Origin: a virus
IMG/VR virus record: IMGVR_UViG_3300037851_000568
Span: 10,139 to 74,138 of that record
Reading direction: 5' to 3' (one strand)
DNA length: 64,000 nucleotides
Shown: positions 1-8,940 of the stretch, one piece after another
Layout of the letters: every line of letters begins with the position of its first letter
Position numbering within the stretch: the stretch's first letter is position 1
Notes under the pieces: model-generated
Database searches by the model: none
What the model saw: only the letters and a program-made list of their open reading frames with translations
Told to the model about the DNA's origin: nothing
Translations under genes and position numbers: made by a program

Positions 1-33
1 GGTGAACCGGCATCCTCCGAAGGGGTTCAAGAA

Positions 34-252
34 GTGAGCCTCGACGATCTGATTCAGGATGAAGGCGAGCCTCCTACGCTGTGCGACGCGTGCTTCGCGA
101 AGCTTGATGGCGAGATGCCGACCGTCGTAGGGTGGAAGATGCTGGTGTTCACCTGCAAGATCTGCAAGCTTGACTTCTGCGCTCATCTGGAAGGACCGTT
201 CGGCGGAACCGTGTGTGTCGGTTGCACCATTCCAAGTGGAGACAAGGCATGA
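34..252 (+). CDS. small Cys-rich (zinc-finger-like) hypothetical protein
   Basis: Three CxxC pairs (CDAC, CKIC, CVGC); its TGA overlaps the next ATG (ATGA). Confidence 0.55.
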   Translation: MSLDDLIQDEGEPPTLCDACFAKLDGEMPTVVGWKMLVFTCKICKLDFCAHLEGPFGGTVCVGCTIPSGDKA

Positions 253-1043
253 CTCCGTACACCCACGTCCTGTACCACGGCGGCGGATGCCCTGACGGCT
301 TCGGCGCGGCCTTTGCCGCGTGGAAGAAGCTGGGGGACTCCGCGCAGTACATCGGGCTTCATCCGTCGGATCCGGCCCCGGAGCTTCCGGCGGACGCCGA
401 GGTCGTGATGTTGGACATGTCGTTCCCCCGGGAGAAGTTCTTGGCTTTCCGGCAGACGGTCAAGAGCGTCAAGGTTCTGGATCACCACGTCACCGGGCGG
501 GACGGGATCGGGGATCTGCCCGACACCCACTTCGACACGGACCATTCCGGGGCCTACCTGTCGTGGGCGCACTTCCACGGCGAGCCGGTTCCTAACTTCA
601 TTCGGCACATCGAGGACCGGGACCTGTGGCGGTTCAAGATGCCGTACACCCGGGAAATCGGGGCGGCGCTTATGTCCTACCCGCAGCGCTTCGACCTGTG
701 GGAGCAGCTCATGACCATGGGGATGGAGAAGCTGGCCCTCGACGGCGGGGTCATCCTCCGGTTCCAGTCCCAGCTGGTGGACCGGATCTGCGCGAACGCC
801 GAGGTGAAGGAGTTCCAGGGCCACAAGGTCCCCGTGGTCAACACCTGCAACATGTCCAGCGAGGTGGGGGACCGGCTTTGTCAGCTGCACCCGACCGCCC
901 CGTTCGCGGTAACATGGTTCGCCAAGCCCGGGATGCTGTGCTACGGCCTGCGTTCCCCGGGCCGGTTCAACGTGGCGGAGCTGGCCAAGAAGAACGGCGG
1001 TGGCGGGCATGCCAACGCCGCCGGGTTTATCGAGCGTTTCTAG
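249..1043 (+). CDS. DHH/DHHA1-family phosphoesterase (NrnB-like)
   Basis: Motifs YH..CPDG, LD, LDHH, DRDLW and C-terminal GGGGHANAAGF; start moved to ATG 249. Confidence 0.85.
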   Translation: MTPYTHVLYHGGGCPDGFGAAFAAWKKLGDSAQYIGLHPSDPAPELPADAEVVMLDMSFPREKFLAFRQTVKSVKVLDHHVTGRDGIGDLPDTHFDTDHSGAYLSWAHFHGEPVPNFIRHIEDRDLWRFKMPYTREIGAALMSYPQRFDLWEQLMTMGMEKLALDGGVILRFQSQLVDRICANAEVKEFQGHKVPVVNTCNMSSEVGDRLCQLHPTAPFAVTWFAKPGMLCYGLRSPGRFNVAELAKKNGGGGHANAAGFIERF

Positions 1044-1052
1044 GAGATAAGT

Positions 1053-1391
1053 GTGGGTTGGATCGGCGTGGATCTGGATGGGACGTTGGCGCACTACGAG
1101 GGCTGGAAGGGGATGGAGAACATCGGGGATCCTATCCCTGCCATGGAGATCCGGGTCCACGAGTGGTTGAATGCGGGGAAGGAAGTCCGGATCTTCACCG
1201 CCCGGGCCAGCGTCCCGGAGCAGATCCCATTCGTCCGGGCGTGGCTGGAGAAGCACTTCGGGGAGAAGGCCGCCTCCATCGGGATCACCAACGTGAAGGA
1301 CTTCGGGATGCTGGAGCTTTACGACGACCGGGCGGTGCAGGTGGAGATGAACACCGGCCGCCTGATCGGGGAGTCTCGACTCGGTGCGTAG
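1053..1391 (+). CDS. HAD-superfamily phosphatase-like protein
   Basis: DxDGT motif (VDLDGTLA), FTAR motif II, terminal YDDR. Confidence 0.75.
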   Translation: MGWIGVDLDGTLAHYEGWKGMENIGDPIPAMEIRVHEWLNAGKEVRIFTARASVPEQIPFVRAWLEKHFGEKAASIGITNVKDFGMLELYDDRAVQVEMNTGRLIGESRLGA

Positions 1392-1523
1392 CTACAGGGT
1401 TCACTTCGCGGACGGCCGCGAAACTTTTTGCCGTAGGCCAAAGACCAGGTCTACGACCCGTGATGTGCAGCAGGTGACTTGCGGCTTGTGCTTGCGGTCG
1501 CTCAGGATGCTTGGGGTAATCAA

Positions 1524-1967
1524 ATGACGAGAGAAGAGTTCATGGCGCGGGTGGCTCACCAGTGCTGGGTGTCTTATCAGATGGCCGCCGGGCAGGCATA
1601 CAACGTGGAGCCGACGGAGGCCCAGCTCAAGAGCCAGATGGACGGGGTCCGGTTCTTCCTCAAGAACCCCAACGCCACGTCGGAGCAGAACCACGAGAAC
1701 TGGATGAAGTGCAGGCTGGCTGACGGCTGGCGCTTCGGCCCGGTCAAGGACGAGGCCAGGAAGGAGCACCCGGATCTCGTGCCCTACGACAAGCTGCCGG
1801 AGGTGGAGCGGGCCAAGGACGACATGGATCTGGCGGCCCGGCGCTTTGCCTTGAGCATGTGGATCTGGCTTCACCCCGAGGAGATGATCCCGACCCTGAT
1901 GAAGTCGGTGGAACGTCTCGAAGCCAAGGTGAACCAGCTGGGGTCGTATCCCCCGCCTAAGCGTTGA
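1524..1967 (+). CDS. RyR-domain protein
   Basis: HENWM...DGWRFGPVKD..RKEHPDLVPYDKLPEVERAKD is the RyR-repeat signature. Confidence 0.8.
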   Translation: MTREEFMARVAHQCWVSYQMAAGQAYNVEPTEAQLKSQMDGVRFFLKNPNATSEQNHENWMKCRLADGWRFGPVKDEARKEHPDLVPYDKLPEVERAKDDMDLAARRFALSMWIWLHPEEMIPTLMKSVERLEAKVNQLGSYPPPKR

Positions 1968-1984
1968 ACTGCACAGTGTGCAGT
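1968..1984. repeat. 17-bp palindrome ACTGCACA-G-TGTGCAGT (copy 1 of 4)
   Basis: Perfect inverted repeat between convergent stop codons. Confidence 0.8.
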
Positions 1985-1988
1985 CGGA

Positions 1989-2525
1989 CTACCGGGGCTT
2001 GCCCCACTTCTTCTCGTACTCGAAGTCGCGGGCAGCCCGGTCCACGTCCTTGTTGATCTGCTGCTGGGCCATGGGAGCCTTGTCGGCCACGACAGGCTCC
2101 AGCCCGAAACCAGCGGCCCGCATGAAGCGGTTGGTGTCGAACCGGGGGTTGTCCGACTTGAAGAGCTGGACGAGACCCTTGGCGATCTGGTCCTTGTTCT
2201 CGCTGTCCCGGAGGATCTGGGCGATGGCCACGTAGTACTTGCGGGACAGCTCTTCGGCGACGGCGTTGCCGCCTTCAGGCTGGCCGACGCTTTCGCCCAT
2301 CTCGGCGTTCTTGATGGCCTTGCTGGCGGCCCGGCTGGGGGACACACCGTCTTCGTACCAGTCGTTGTACGGGACGTCGGGAAGATCGTCGGAGTCCATG
2401 CCGGAGATCCGCTTGATCTCGGCCTTGACCTTGGTCATCCACGACTCGAAGCTGCCGCCCTCGGTGGCAGGGGCGCAGGAGCACTGCTCCATGAGCTGCT
2501 GCATGAGCTTGCGGATGTCGGCCAT
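1989..2525 (-). CDS. hypothetical protein (putative head-internal protein); only convincing minus-strand gene
   Basis: SD GAGGGAGG on the minus strand; phage-type motifs LSRKYYVAIA and DNPRFDTNRF. Confidence 0.7.
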   Translation of the reverse strand: MADIRKLMQQLMEQCSCAPATEGGSFESWMTKVKAEIKRISGMDSDDLPDVPYNDWYEDGVSPSRAASKAIKNAEMGESVGQPEGGNAVAEELSRKYYVAIAQILRDSENKDQIAKGLVQLFKSDNPRFDTNRFMRAAGFGLEPVVADKAPMAQQQINKDVDRAARDFEYEKKWGKPR

Positions 2526-2601
2526 GGTTCCTCCCTCTTCCTACGACGCTGAACTATACCCGGCAGTCGGTGGCGATACAATAGGCGGCGGGGGAGACGA
2601 G

Positions 2602-2691
2602 ATGGAAGACGAGGAACGGTTCAAGAGGCGTGTTGCGTGGATCGCCATCTTCACGATCATCGGCGTCATGGCGGTGCTGGCTCGTTGTTGA
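2602..2691 (+). CDS. 29-aa single-TM peptide
   Basis: GGGGAG SD; hydrophobic VAWIAIFTIIGVMAVLA. Confidence 0.4.
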   Translation: MEDEERFKRRVAWIAIFTIIGVMAVLARC

Positions 2692-2715
2692 CAAAAACGA
2701 TCCGCATGGTATGAT
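2688..2715 (+). promoter_or_regulatory. sigma70-like promoter TTGACA-N16-TATGAT (extended -10)
   Basis: Consensus -35, TGnTATGAT; in-frame GTG at 2723. Confidence 0.65.
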
Positions 2716-2722
2716 AGGTACC

Positions 2723-2965
2723 GTGTGGCTGGTGGTCTGGACCGGAACTTCGCGTCGGACTCCTAGGGAGTACGAGGTTCCCAAGCTTCGCGGCTTTCAT
2801 CCCATCGAAGGCGGCAATGGGAAACCTCTCAGGTTCGAGTCCGTCGATGACGCCAAGGCTTTTATGGTGAGCCTTGTGTTTACCGAGGGGTACTCACAGT
2901 CGTACGTCGATGAGCTGACCATCATGGACGAGAAGGAAGCTGCCAAGCTTCTGGCGGGATCGTGA
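2723..2965 (+). CDS. small early hypothetical protein (RF.S..DA family)
   Basis: ORF directly after the promoter; motif RFESVDDA. Confidence 0.65.
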   Translation: MWLVVWTGTSRRTPREYEVPKLRGFHPIEGGNGKPLRFESVDDAKAFMVSLVFTEGYSQSYVDELTIMDEKEAAKLLAGS

Positions 2966-3189
2966 AGACCGAGGTGGTGGTCTCGTGGAATCCGCCGCAG
3001 GAGCTGCTCGTGGCAGTGAGCCTTGCCTCCGGTCACGAGCTGAAGACGTGGGAGCACATCTACGAGGACGAGGCGATGGCGCGTGATGCCGCCACGCGGG
3101 CCACGGCGACTCTTGGGCTCATCTTCAAGGAGTACGGGTTCGATCCGGATCTGGTCAAGATCGACGTCAAGGTCTTCAAGTATGACTGA
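2962..3189 (+). CDS. hypothetical protein
   Basis: GTGA-coupled ORF with GC3-rich codons. Confidence 0.6.
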   Translation: MKTEVVVSWNPPQELLVAVSLASGHELKTWEHIYEDEAMARDAATRATATLGLIFKEYGFDPDLVKIDVKVFKYD

Positions 3190-3454
3190 CGGCTTCGTGC
3201 TCGTGGGCGTCTTGAAGGGTGCGGATGCAGGCTGGCACCACCGATACTTGGTGTGGTCCGGCATCGCGTGGACGTGGTCGACCAGTCGTGAGCCGAAGGT
3301 TTTTCCCACTGAAGTCGAAGCGGAGGCCGCTTTGAGGGAAAGGAAGCCCGCGTTCATGAACATCTACAAAAGCGTAAGACGGCTGAAGATCTGGCCTGCG
3401 GAGAAGTGGGAGGCCCATCGGGTGATGTACAAGCTTAGCGATGGGAGGTTCTGA
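3182..3454 (+). CDS. small early hypothetical protein (F.T..EA family)
   Basis: ATG 3182 overlaps the previous stop; motif VFPTEVEA. Confidence 0.65.
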   Translation: MTDGFVLVGVLKGADAGWHHRYLVWSGIAWTWSTSREPKVFPTEVEAEAALRERKPAFMNIYKSVRRLKIWPAEKWEAHRVMYKLSDGRF

Positions 3455-3531
3455 CCGTGCCGAGAGATCTGGTAACCGCTGGAAGCTACGTGTGGCTGGA
3501 AACCCTCCGTTACTCTTGAACAGGGGCTGGA

Positions 3532-3915
3532 ATGGACTATCCGTGGACGGTCTTGAGGGTGGCCCGGGATCAAGGCGAGGGATCGGCCTCCTCGACGGGT
3601 CCGTGGACGGTGGCGTGGAAGTGGAGCCTTACGGACACCGTCCTAGTCCTGTCGCCACGGATCCTGCAGCACCTTGCGTCTTCCAAGTCGGATAGCAGCA
3701 TCGGACTTCGGATGGATGCGCAGCAAGAAGAGGTGATGTGGATCAAAGTTGCGGCATCGGCTCACAGGGTCAAGGACGACATCAACCAGCGTGTCAAATA
3801 CGACACGCGGCCTCCCGAGTTCGAGTGCCGGGTGCTGACCAAGGAGGAGCTTGACCGATGGAAGATCGAGACGGAAATGGCGCGGATCGCTTCCGAGTCG
3901 GGGAATACGGGCTGA
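3532..3915 (+). CDS. hypothetical protein
   Basis: Open frame filling the gap; start uncertain. Confidence 0.45.
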   Translation: MDYPWTVLRVARDQGEGSASSTGPWTVAWKWSLTDTVLVLSPRILQHLASSKSDSSIGLRMDAQQEEVMWIKVAASAHRVKDDINQRVKYDTRPPEFECRVLTKEELDRWKIETEMARIASESGNTG

Positions 3916-4166
3916 GGGTTCCGCCTCGCGCCATCGGATTCAAGAAGGGCTGGCTCGGTCGTGACGGCAAGAACGCCGTGGTGATCGAGGACTTCGAGCT
4001 TGCCCTGCAGGCCGATGCCGTGGTCCGGTTTCCCAGCAAGGAAGACGCCATGAACTTCCTCATCGGACGGTGTCTTGCGGCCGATGGTTGGATCGACGTG
4101 GTTCACGTCCTGAAGTGTAGGAAGCTGCCTAAGTCCCTGTTGACAAAACTTAATCCGAAGACATAA
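3858..4166 (+). CDS. small early hypothetical protein (RF.S.EDA family)
   Basis: Motif AVVRFPSKEDA; start uncertain. Confidence 0.6.
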   Translation: MEDRDGNGADRFRVGEYGLRVPPRAIGFKKGWLGRDGKNAVVIEDFELALQADAVVRFPSKEDAMNFLIGRCLAADGWIDVVHVLKCRKLPKSLLTKLNPKT

Positions 4167-4167
4167 T
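4140..4167 (+). promoter_or_regulatory. sigma70-like promoter TTGACA-N16-CATAAT
   Basis: Shares TTGACAAAAC with the 4853 promoter; ATG at 4173. Confidence 0.65.
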
Positions 4168-4172
4168 ATTAC

Positions 4173-4532
4173 ATGGTGATGGACGCCGCCTCTCGACAGC
4201 TGCTGGTGGATCTGAGGTCGACGCTGACCGCTGACGGCATGTCGGCCGCCGCCAAGAACGCCAAGGCGGTCGCCCTCATCGACCGGTTCGTAGGCATCGT
4301 GCCGAAGAAGTTCCTCGCCGGGGCCTACGGGCGCGGCAGCTTCATGCTGGTGGGCAGATCCACGAAGTGGACGAAGTTCGAGGACGCCGCGCTTCGTTTC
4401 GACACGCGTGAAGAGGCGTGGCGCGTGCTGGAGGGTCGGATGGCCCGCTGGCAGACGGCGCGGCTGTGGACGAAGCTCGTGATGGACGACGAAGAGTTCA
4501 TGGCGTTCAAGGTGATGCAAGCGATCCGATAG
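4173..4532 (+). CDS. small early hypothetical protein (RF.T.EEA family)
   Basis: Motif AALRFDTREEA. Confidence 0.7.
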   Translation: MVMDAASRQLLVDLRSTLTADGMSAAAKNAKAVALIDRFVGIVPKKFLAGAYGRGSFMLVGRSTKWTKFEDAALRFDTREEAWRVLEGRMARWQTARLWTKLVMDDEEFMAFKVMQAIR

Positions 4533-4568
4533 GGCAAGCACAGTCGACGCTTTGTAAGGGAACACAGG

Positions 4569-4856
4569 ATGCACTACTACCTGATCGCCACCGACGGTGC
4601 GGCTATTTACTCGCTCAGCAAGGTTCCCACCAATGACGACAAGCGCCCGAGGTTCGCGTGGGGCATCGACGGTGCCGTGCGGTTCTCGTGCATCGAGCAC
4701 GCACACGAAGCGTTTCGGATCGTTCGCGGCTATCGATCCGAGTTCAGCGTGACTCGTCAGAACGGGTACAGCACGTACGAGCTGTTGGACGACATCCGAA
4801 GTGTCCGGTACGAAGAGGCTCGTAATCTGATGATCGCTCAAGTCCTTTCTTCTTGA
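4569..4856 (+). CDS. small early hypothetical protein (RFS..EHA family)
   Basis: Motif GAVRFSCIEHA. Confidence 0.65.
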   Translation: MHYYLIATDGAAIYSLSKVPTNDDKRPRFAWGIDGAVRFSCIEHAHEAFRIVRGYRSEFSVTRQNGYSTYELLDDIRSVRYEEARNLMIAQVLSS

Positions 4857-4880
4857 CAAAACGAAGGATTTGGACATACT
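4853..4880 (+). promoter_or_regulatory. sigma70-like promoter TTGACA-N16-CATACT
   Basis: Consensus -35; ATG at 4887. Confidence 0.65.
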
Positions 4881-4886
4881 AAGTCC

Positions 4887-5165
4887 ATGTGGAACTACCG
4901 GATCCTGAGACATTCTGATCAGGGGCATACGTGGTTCTCCGTCCACGAGGTGTACTACGACGACAAGAATCGGGCGTGGGGCTACACGCAGGAACCTGTG
5001 GCCGCGAAGGCCGAAACCAAGGACGAGACCATCGCCTGTCTGCGCATGATGCTCAAGGACTGCTTGTTCTCCCCGGCGTTGGACGCCAAGAAGATTCCGG
5101 AGAAGGGTGCGGTAGCGCCCGGAGCATCCATCGTGAAGAAGCCCAAGAAGCGCAAGTCCAAGTGA
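4887..5165 (+). CDS. conserved phage hypothetical protein (WNYR..HEVYYD type)
   Basis: MWNYRI...SVHEVYYD motif typical of small phage proteins. Confidence 0.75.
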   Translation: MWNYRILRHSDQGHTWFSVHEVYYDDKNRAWGYTQEPVAAKAETKDETIACLRMMLKDCLFSPALDAKKIPEKGAVAPGASIVKKPKKRKSK

Positions 5166-5219
5166 CGGCCCCACCACGGCGAATGGACGCCGTGACACGG
5201 GGCCGCCCGAGGAGGGCTT

Positions 5220-5465
5220 GTGCGAGATCACGGAGTCCGTCGCCGCAACCGGTACCTGAAGATGATGCGGCGGCTGAAGTCGGACTGGAACCAGCATTAC
5301 ACGGACCTGAACTGCGAGTGCCGGACCAACCCCATCGTGAAGTCGTTCTTTGCGGACAATCCGAAGCGGTGCTCCTGCTGGAGCTGCGGAAACCGGCGGC
5401 GTCACGGCAAGGGCGATGAAAGGCTGACGATGCAGGAGCGGCGGGCAGACGATTGGAAGGAGTGA
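5220..5465 (+). CDS. basic Cys-rich hypothetical protein
   Basis: CSCWSCGNRRRH motif. Confidence 0.6.
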   Translation: MRDHGVRRRNRYLKMMRRLKSDWNQHYTDLNCECRTNPIVKSFFADNPKRCSCWSCGNRRRHGKGDERLTMQERRADDWKE

Positions 5466-5466
5466 C

Positions 5467-5799
5467 GTGTACATCAACTCGGATGAAGTGACGGACGTGA
5501 AGTGGGTCAAGAACGTGGCCGGATGGTCCTGTTCGGACTGCCGCCTCAAGTTCGGCCCCAACGAGAACATCATCGAGGTGCAGACCGTCACCCAGATGGC
5601 CAGAACCGTGATCAAGCACAGGCTGTGCCTGCCGTGCGGCGAGGTGGCCATGACCAACGCGCTGGATCACCTGCAGGCCGTGGCCCGGAAGGCCAAGGAG
5701 GTGGTGGACGTGGTGAAGGACATGATGGCCAAGTGCAAGCTCAGCGTCCGTCGGCGCGAGCACGTGTTCATCGGCCGCAAGCTTCAGGTGGACCGATGA
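5467..5799 (+). CDS. zinc-finger hypothetical protein
   Basis: CSDC and CLPC pairs. Confidence 0.65.
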   Translation: MYINSDEVTDVKWVKNVAGWSCSDCRLKFGPNENIIEVQTVTQMARTVIKHRLCLPCGEVAMTNALDHLQAVARKAKEVVDVVKDMMAKCKLSVRRREHVFIGRKLQVDR

Positions 5800-6524
5800 G
5801 GGACGAAACGCTGGTCGTGTCCGGAAGGCTGACTGGTCGCTGGCGGATCCAGTGCGGCGTCTGCGGCACCCAGCACATGCAGCGCAGGGCCATCGCCCGC
5901 TGTGCCGAGAGGTTTGCGCACGTGACGCTCGGCAACGATGTACGCCTTTCGCTTCCCAGATCCGCACGACCGACCAAGTACGAGGCTCTCAAGAAAGGGC
6001 TTAGCGACGAATTGGAACGGACTGATCCCGAGACTCTGGACGAGTTTGAGATGCCGGTGGAGGTTTACGCCCGTGCCGAGACTCGGGAAGAGGCCGCCGC
6101 TCTCGTGCTTGAAGAGTTCGGCAAGTACGTCGCTACCACGCTGGCCCAGTACAAGGCGGCGTTGGCCTCTGACGAAGAACTGTGCCGCAAGATCCTTGCG
6201 TCCCCGAACAGGAAGCTTGGTACCGCATCTCTGAAGAAGCAGAAGTGGGGGCACAACACCACCCTCATCGATGGGGTGGAGATGGAGACTAACGACGTAC
6301 TGGCTTATTTCCTGTCCAAGACCCCGGACTGCGACGCCAAGGAGAAGATCAGGAAGAACAGCTACGCGTACGACTTCGTCTATCTGGATCCCGACGAGGA
6401 CATCGCCGTGCTGAAGAGTTCCGCCGGAGACGGTCCGTTCGTCGGGTTTCGACCCATCAACGGGGTAATGACGGTCAAGGTGGGCATGTCCCGCGAAGAC
6501 GCCAAGAAGGAGTCTCAGCCGTGA
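5796..6524 (+). CDS. hypothetical protein
   Basis: ATGA-coupled; CGVC near the N terminus. Confidence 0.65.
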   Translation: MRDETLVVSGRLTGRWRIQCGVCGTQHMQRRAIARCAERFAHVTLGNDVRLSLPRSARPTKYEALKKGLSDELERTDPETLDEFEMPVEVYARAETREEAAALVLEEFGKYVATTLAQYKAALASDEELCRKILASPNRKLGTASLKKQKWGHNTTLIDGVEMETNDVLAYFLSKTPDCDAKEKIRKNSYAYDFVYLDPDEDIAVLKSSAGDGPFVGFRPINGVMTVKVGMSREDAKKESQP

Positions 6525-7087
6525 CGTTCGTCGACATTCGCGAGGTCAAGCCGTCCGAGGTGCGGGGTCTTACGTCTGTCGGGTGGGTGATCATGAGTCA
6601 CCATCTGGCGTCCGTCCCGCAATCCATGAACAAGCAGTACATGTACCAGTCGTCTCCCGGTGCCTATCCTAGCTCTCACTCCTATGCAGAGGATGGGGTG
6701 GTTTCCGAGTTTCGCGTGGTAGTTGGCCTTCCGAAAGAGGTTGCCGTCGAAGAATCCGCGAAGAAGCTCGTCGAGTACGAGGCGGTCATCATGAAGCTGA
6801 AGGATGATCTTGTCATCAAGGACGAGAACCTGACGGCCTTGACAGGTACGCTGGCTATCTCGAAGACCAAGATGGAGGCGCTGGAGGGTCAAGTGCTGGC
6901 TTTTGGCGGCCTTCGGGATGCAGCCCTGAAGGAAAAGGCCGAAACGGCAAAGGAACTTGCCGCTCTTCGTGCCGGGATGGCGGCGTTGGTCACCAAGGTC
7001 GGCAACGCCTCGCTTCAGGATCTCCAGCAGGCGGATGCCGTGATGGCCGAGATCGAGAAGGCTGCTCAGGACAATCCGACCAAATGA
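6521..7087 (+). CDS. coiled-coil hypothetical protein
   Basis: GTGA-coupled; heptad-rich C-terminal half. Confidence 0.7.
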   Translation: MTFVDIREVKPSEVRGLTSVGWVIMSHHLASVPQSMNKQYMYQSSPGAYPSSHSYAEDGVVSEFRVVVGLPKEVAVEESAKKLVEYEAVIMKLKDDLVIKDENLTALTGTLAISKTKMEALEGQVLAFGGLRDAALKEKAETAKELAALRAGMAALVTKVGNASLQDLQQADAVMAEIEKAAQDNPTK

Positions 7088-7593
7088 GCGACGTGAAGAT
7101 CACCAGAACGTGGGCGATGCCGTCGCGGCACACGTTCACCATCAAACCGGTCGCCAACATCATCAAGAAGTACTCGGCCGGTATCAAGTGGGTGGATCCG
7201 TTCTCCGGATGGAACAGCCCGGCCGCGTACACCAACGACCTGAATCCGCAGGCTCCAACCACCAGTCATGCCGACGCGCAGGACTTCATCAAGACGTTCA
7301 AGAGCATCGACGGCATGCTGTTTGACCCGCCGTACAGCCCACGCCAGATTGCGGAGTGCTACAAAGGGATGGGCCTGAAGGTCGGAATAAAGGAGACCCA
7401 GAACGCCACCCTCTACGCTCGTGTCAAGGACGAAGCAGCGCCGCGCATCAAGAAAGGTGGCGTGGTGATCTGCTGTGGTTGGAACTCCGGCGGAATGGGG
7501 GAGAAGCGCGGCTTTGAGCTTCTAGAGATCTTGTTGGTGGCTCACGGTGGGGCGCACAACGACACCATCGTCACGGTGGAAACCAAGGTATGA
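7084..7593 (+). CDS. N6-adenine/N4-cytosine DNA methyltransferase (small phage type)
   Basis: VDPFSG (SAM-binding-like) and FDPPYS catalytic motif. Confidence 0.75.
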   Translation: MSDVKITRTWAMPSRHTFTIKPVANIIKKYSAGIKWVDPFSGWNSPAAYTNDLNPQAPTTSHADAQDFIKTFKSIDGMLFDPPYSPRQIAECYKGMGLKVGIKETQNATLYARVKDEAAPRIKKGGVVICCGWNSGGMGEKRGFELLEILLVAHGGAHNDTIVTVETKV

Positions 7594-7679
7594 CCAAGCT
7601 TGAAATGTAATGCGGCATGGACGTGGTCTGGTTCGAGCTTTCTGAGCGGCAGACCACCTACCTGAACAACAGGCCTCCG

Positions 7680-7708
7680 TTGACCTAGTGGCATGCCTGA
7701 TGTATCGT
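7680..7708 (+). promoter_or_regulatory. possible promoter TTGACC-N17-TATCGT
   Basis: Intergenic, upstream of an SD and ATG 7730. Confidence 0.4.
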
Positions 7709-7729
7709 TGAGAGGATCGGGGGAACAGC

Positions 7730-8491
7730 ATGGCCGATTTTGCCAAGTGGGACGCCGCCATTCAGGTTCCGGTTGAGCTGATCGAGGCCAACCCGTGGAA
7801 CCCGAATGCCATGAGCGAGGAGATGTTCCAGAAGCTCCTCGCGGAGATCCAGACCACCGGGTTCGACGAGCCCATCCTCGTGGTACCGCACCCCGAGAAG
7901 CCCGGCCGTTACCGGGTGGTCAACGGGGAGCACCGCTGGAAGGCCGTGCAGGTCCTTCAGTGGAAGACGGTTCCGGTGGTCGTGAAGGACCTTTCGGAAC
8001 TGGACCAGAAGACCATGACCGTGCGGCGCAATCTGCTGCACGGAGATCTGGACCGCCTGAAGTTCACCGAGCTGGTCAACGACGTGATCAACAATCACGG
8101 GATGGCCGAGACCAAGGTGCATTCCGAGATGGGGTTCCTCGACGAGCAGGAGTTCGTCAAGCACCTCGTGACCCAGAAGGCCAAGGTTGCGCAGGACATG
8201 GCCGAGGACGCCAAGAAGTCCGCCAAGATGGTGGACAACCTTTCGTATCTGCTCAACGAGATCTTCACCCAGTTCGGCGACACGGTACCGCAGGGCTTCG
8301 TCTTCTTCATGCACAAGTCCAAAATGCACCTGATGGTGCAGATGGACAAGGAGATGGAGGAGCTTCTGGGGATGGTGGTCAACCACCTGAAGGCCACCGG
8401 GAAGGACATCAACGACTTCCTCGGGAAGGCGCTTAGCGCGGCCATGCTGTCCGCCGAGCCGCAGCCTCCTGCTGACGTGAAGTACTCCTGA
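7730..8491 (+). CDS. ParB/Srx N-terminal-domain protein
   Basis: NPWNPN..., GFDEPILV, YRVVNGEHRWKA. Confidence 0.8.
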   Translation: MADFAKWDAAIQVPVELIEANPWNPNAMSEEMFQKLLAEIQTTGFDEPILVVPHPEKPGRYRVVNGEHRWKAVQVLQWKTVPVVVKDLSELDQKTMTVRRNLLHGDLDRLKFTELVNDVINNHGMAETKVHSEMGFLDEQEFVKHLVTQKAKVAQDMAEDAKKSAKMVDNLSYLLNEIFTQFGDTVPQGFVFFMHKSKMHLMVQMDKEMEELLGMVVNHLKATGKDINDFLGKALSAAMLSAEPQPPADVKYS

Positions 8492-8940
8492 TGTCTACCG
8501 GGTTGGGAGCCGCCCGAATCAAATTCAGCCCTCCCGGAGCCGGGAAACAGGCCAAGTCCATCTGGGGCAACACCAACCGGTCTGCCGACGGCGGGTTCTG
8601 GGGCCGGGAACTCAAGCAGGGCGAGGGCATGGAGGACAGGCTTCACAACCTTGCTGTGGCCTTCGACGGGCTTCGGGAGTACTATTCGTACATCGGAATC
8701 GACAGGAACCAGACCATCCGGTCCGGGACCGGGGGTGGAGGCAACATCTTCAACGAGAACGCGTGGATGAGACTGGTCCGGGGGCTGGATCAACCCGGAC
8801 TGGGCGAGTGCGCGGCGGCTCTTGCGGATGTGAAGGAGATGCTGGGAGCCTATCTGGCAACGGCTGGAGCTGCTGGCGGTATCAGCGGCATGAAGACCAG
8901 ATACGCTGGGTTCCCGGTACAGGGAGGCGGAGGCAGATGA
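8491..8940 (+). CDS. hypothetical protein
   Basis: TGATG-coupled ORF. Confidence 0.55.
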   Translation: MSTGLGAARIKFSPPGAGKQAKSIWGNTNRSADGGFWGRELKQGEGMEDRLHNLAVAFDGLREYYSYIGIDRNQTIRSGTGGGGNIFNENAWMRLVRGLDQPGLGECAAALADVKEMLGAYLATAGAAGGISGMKTRYAGFPVQGGGGR

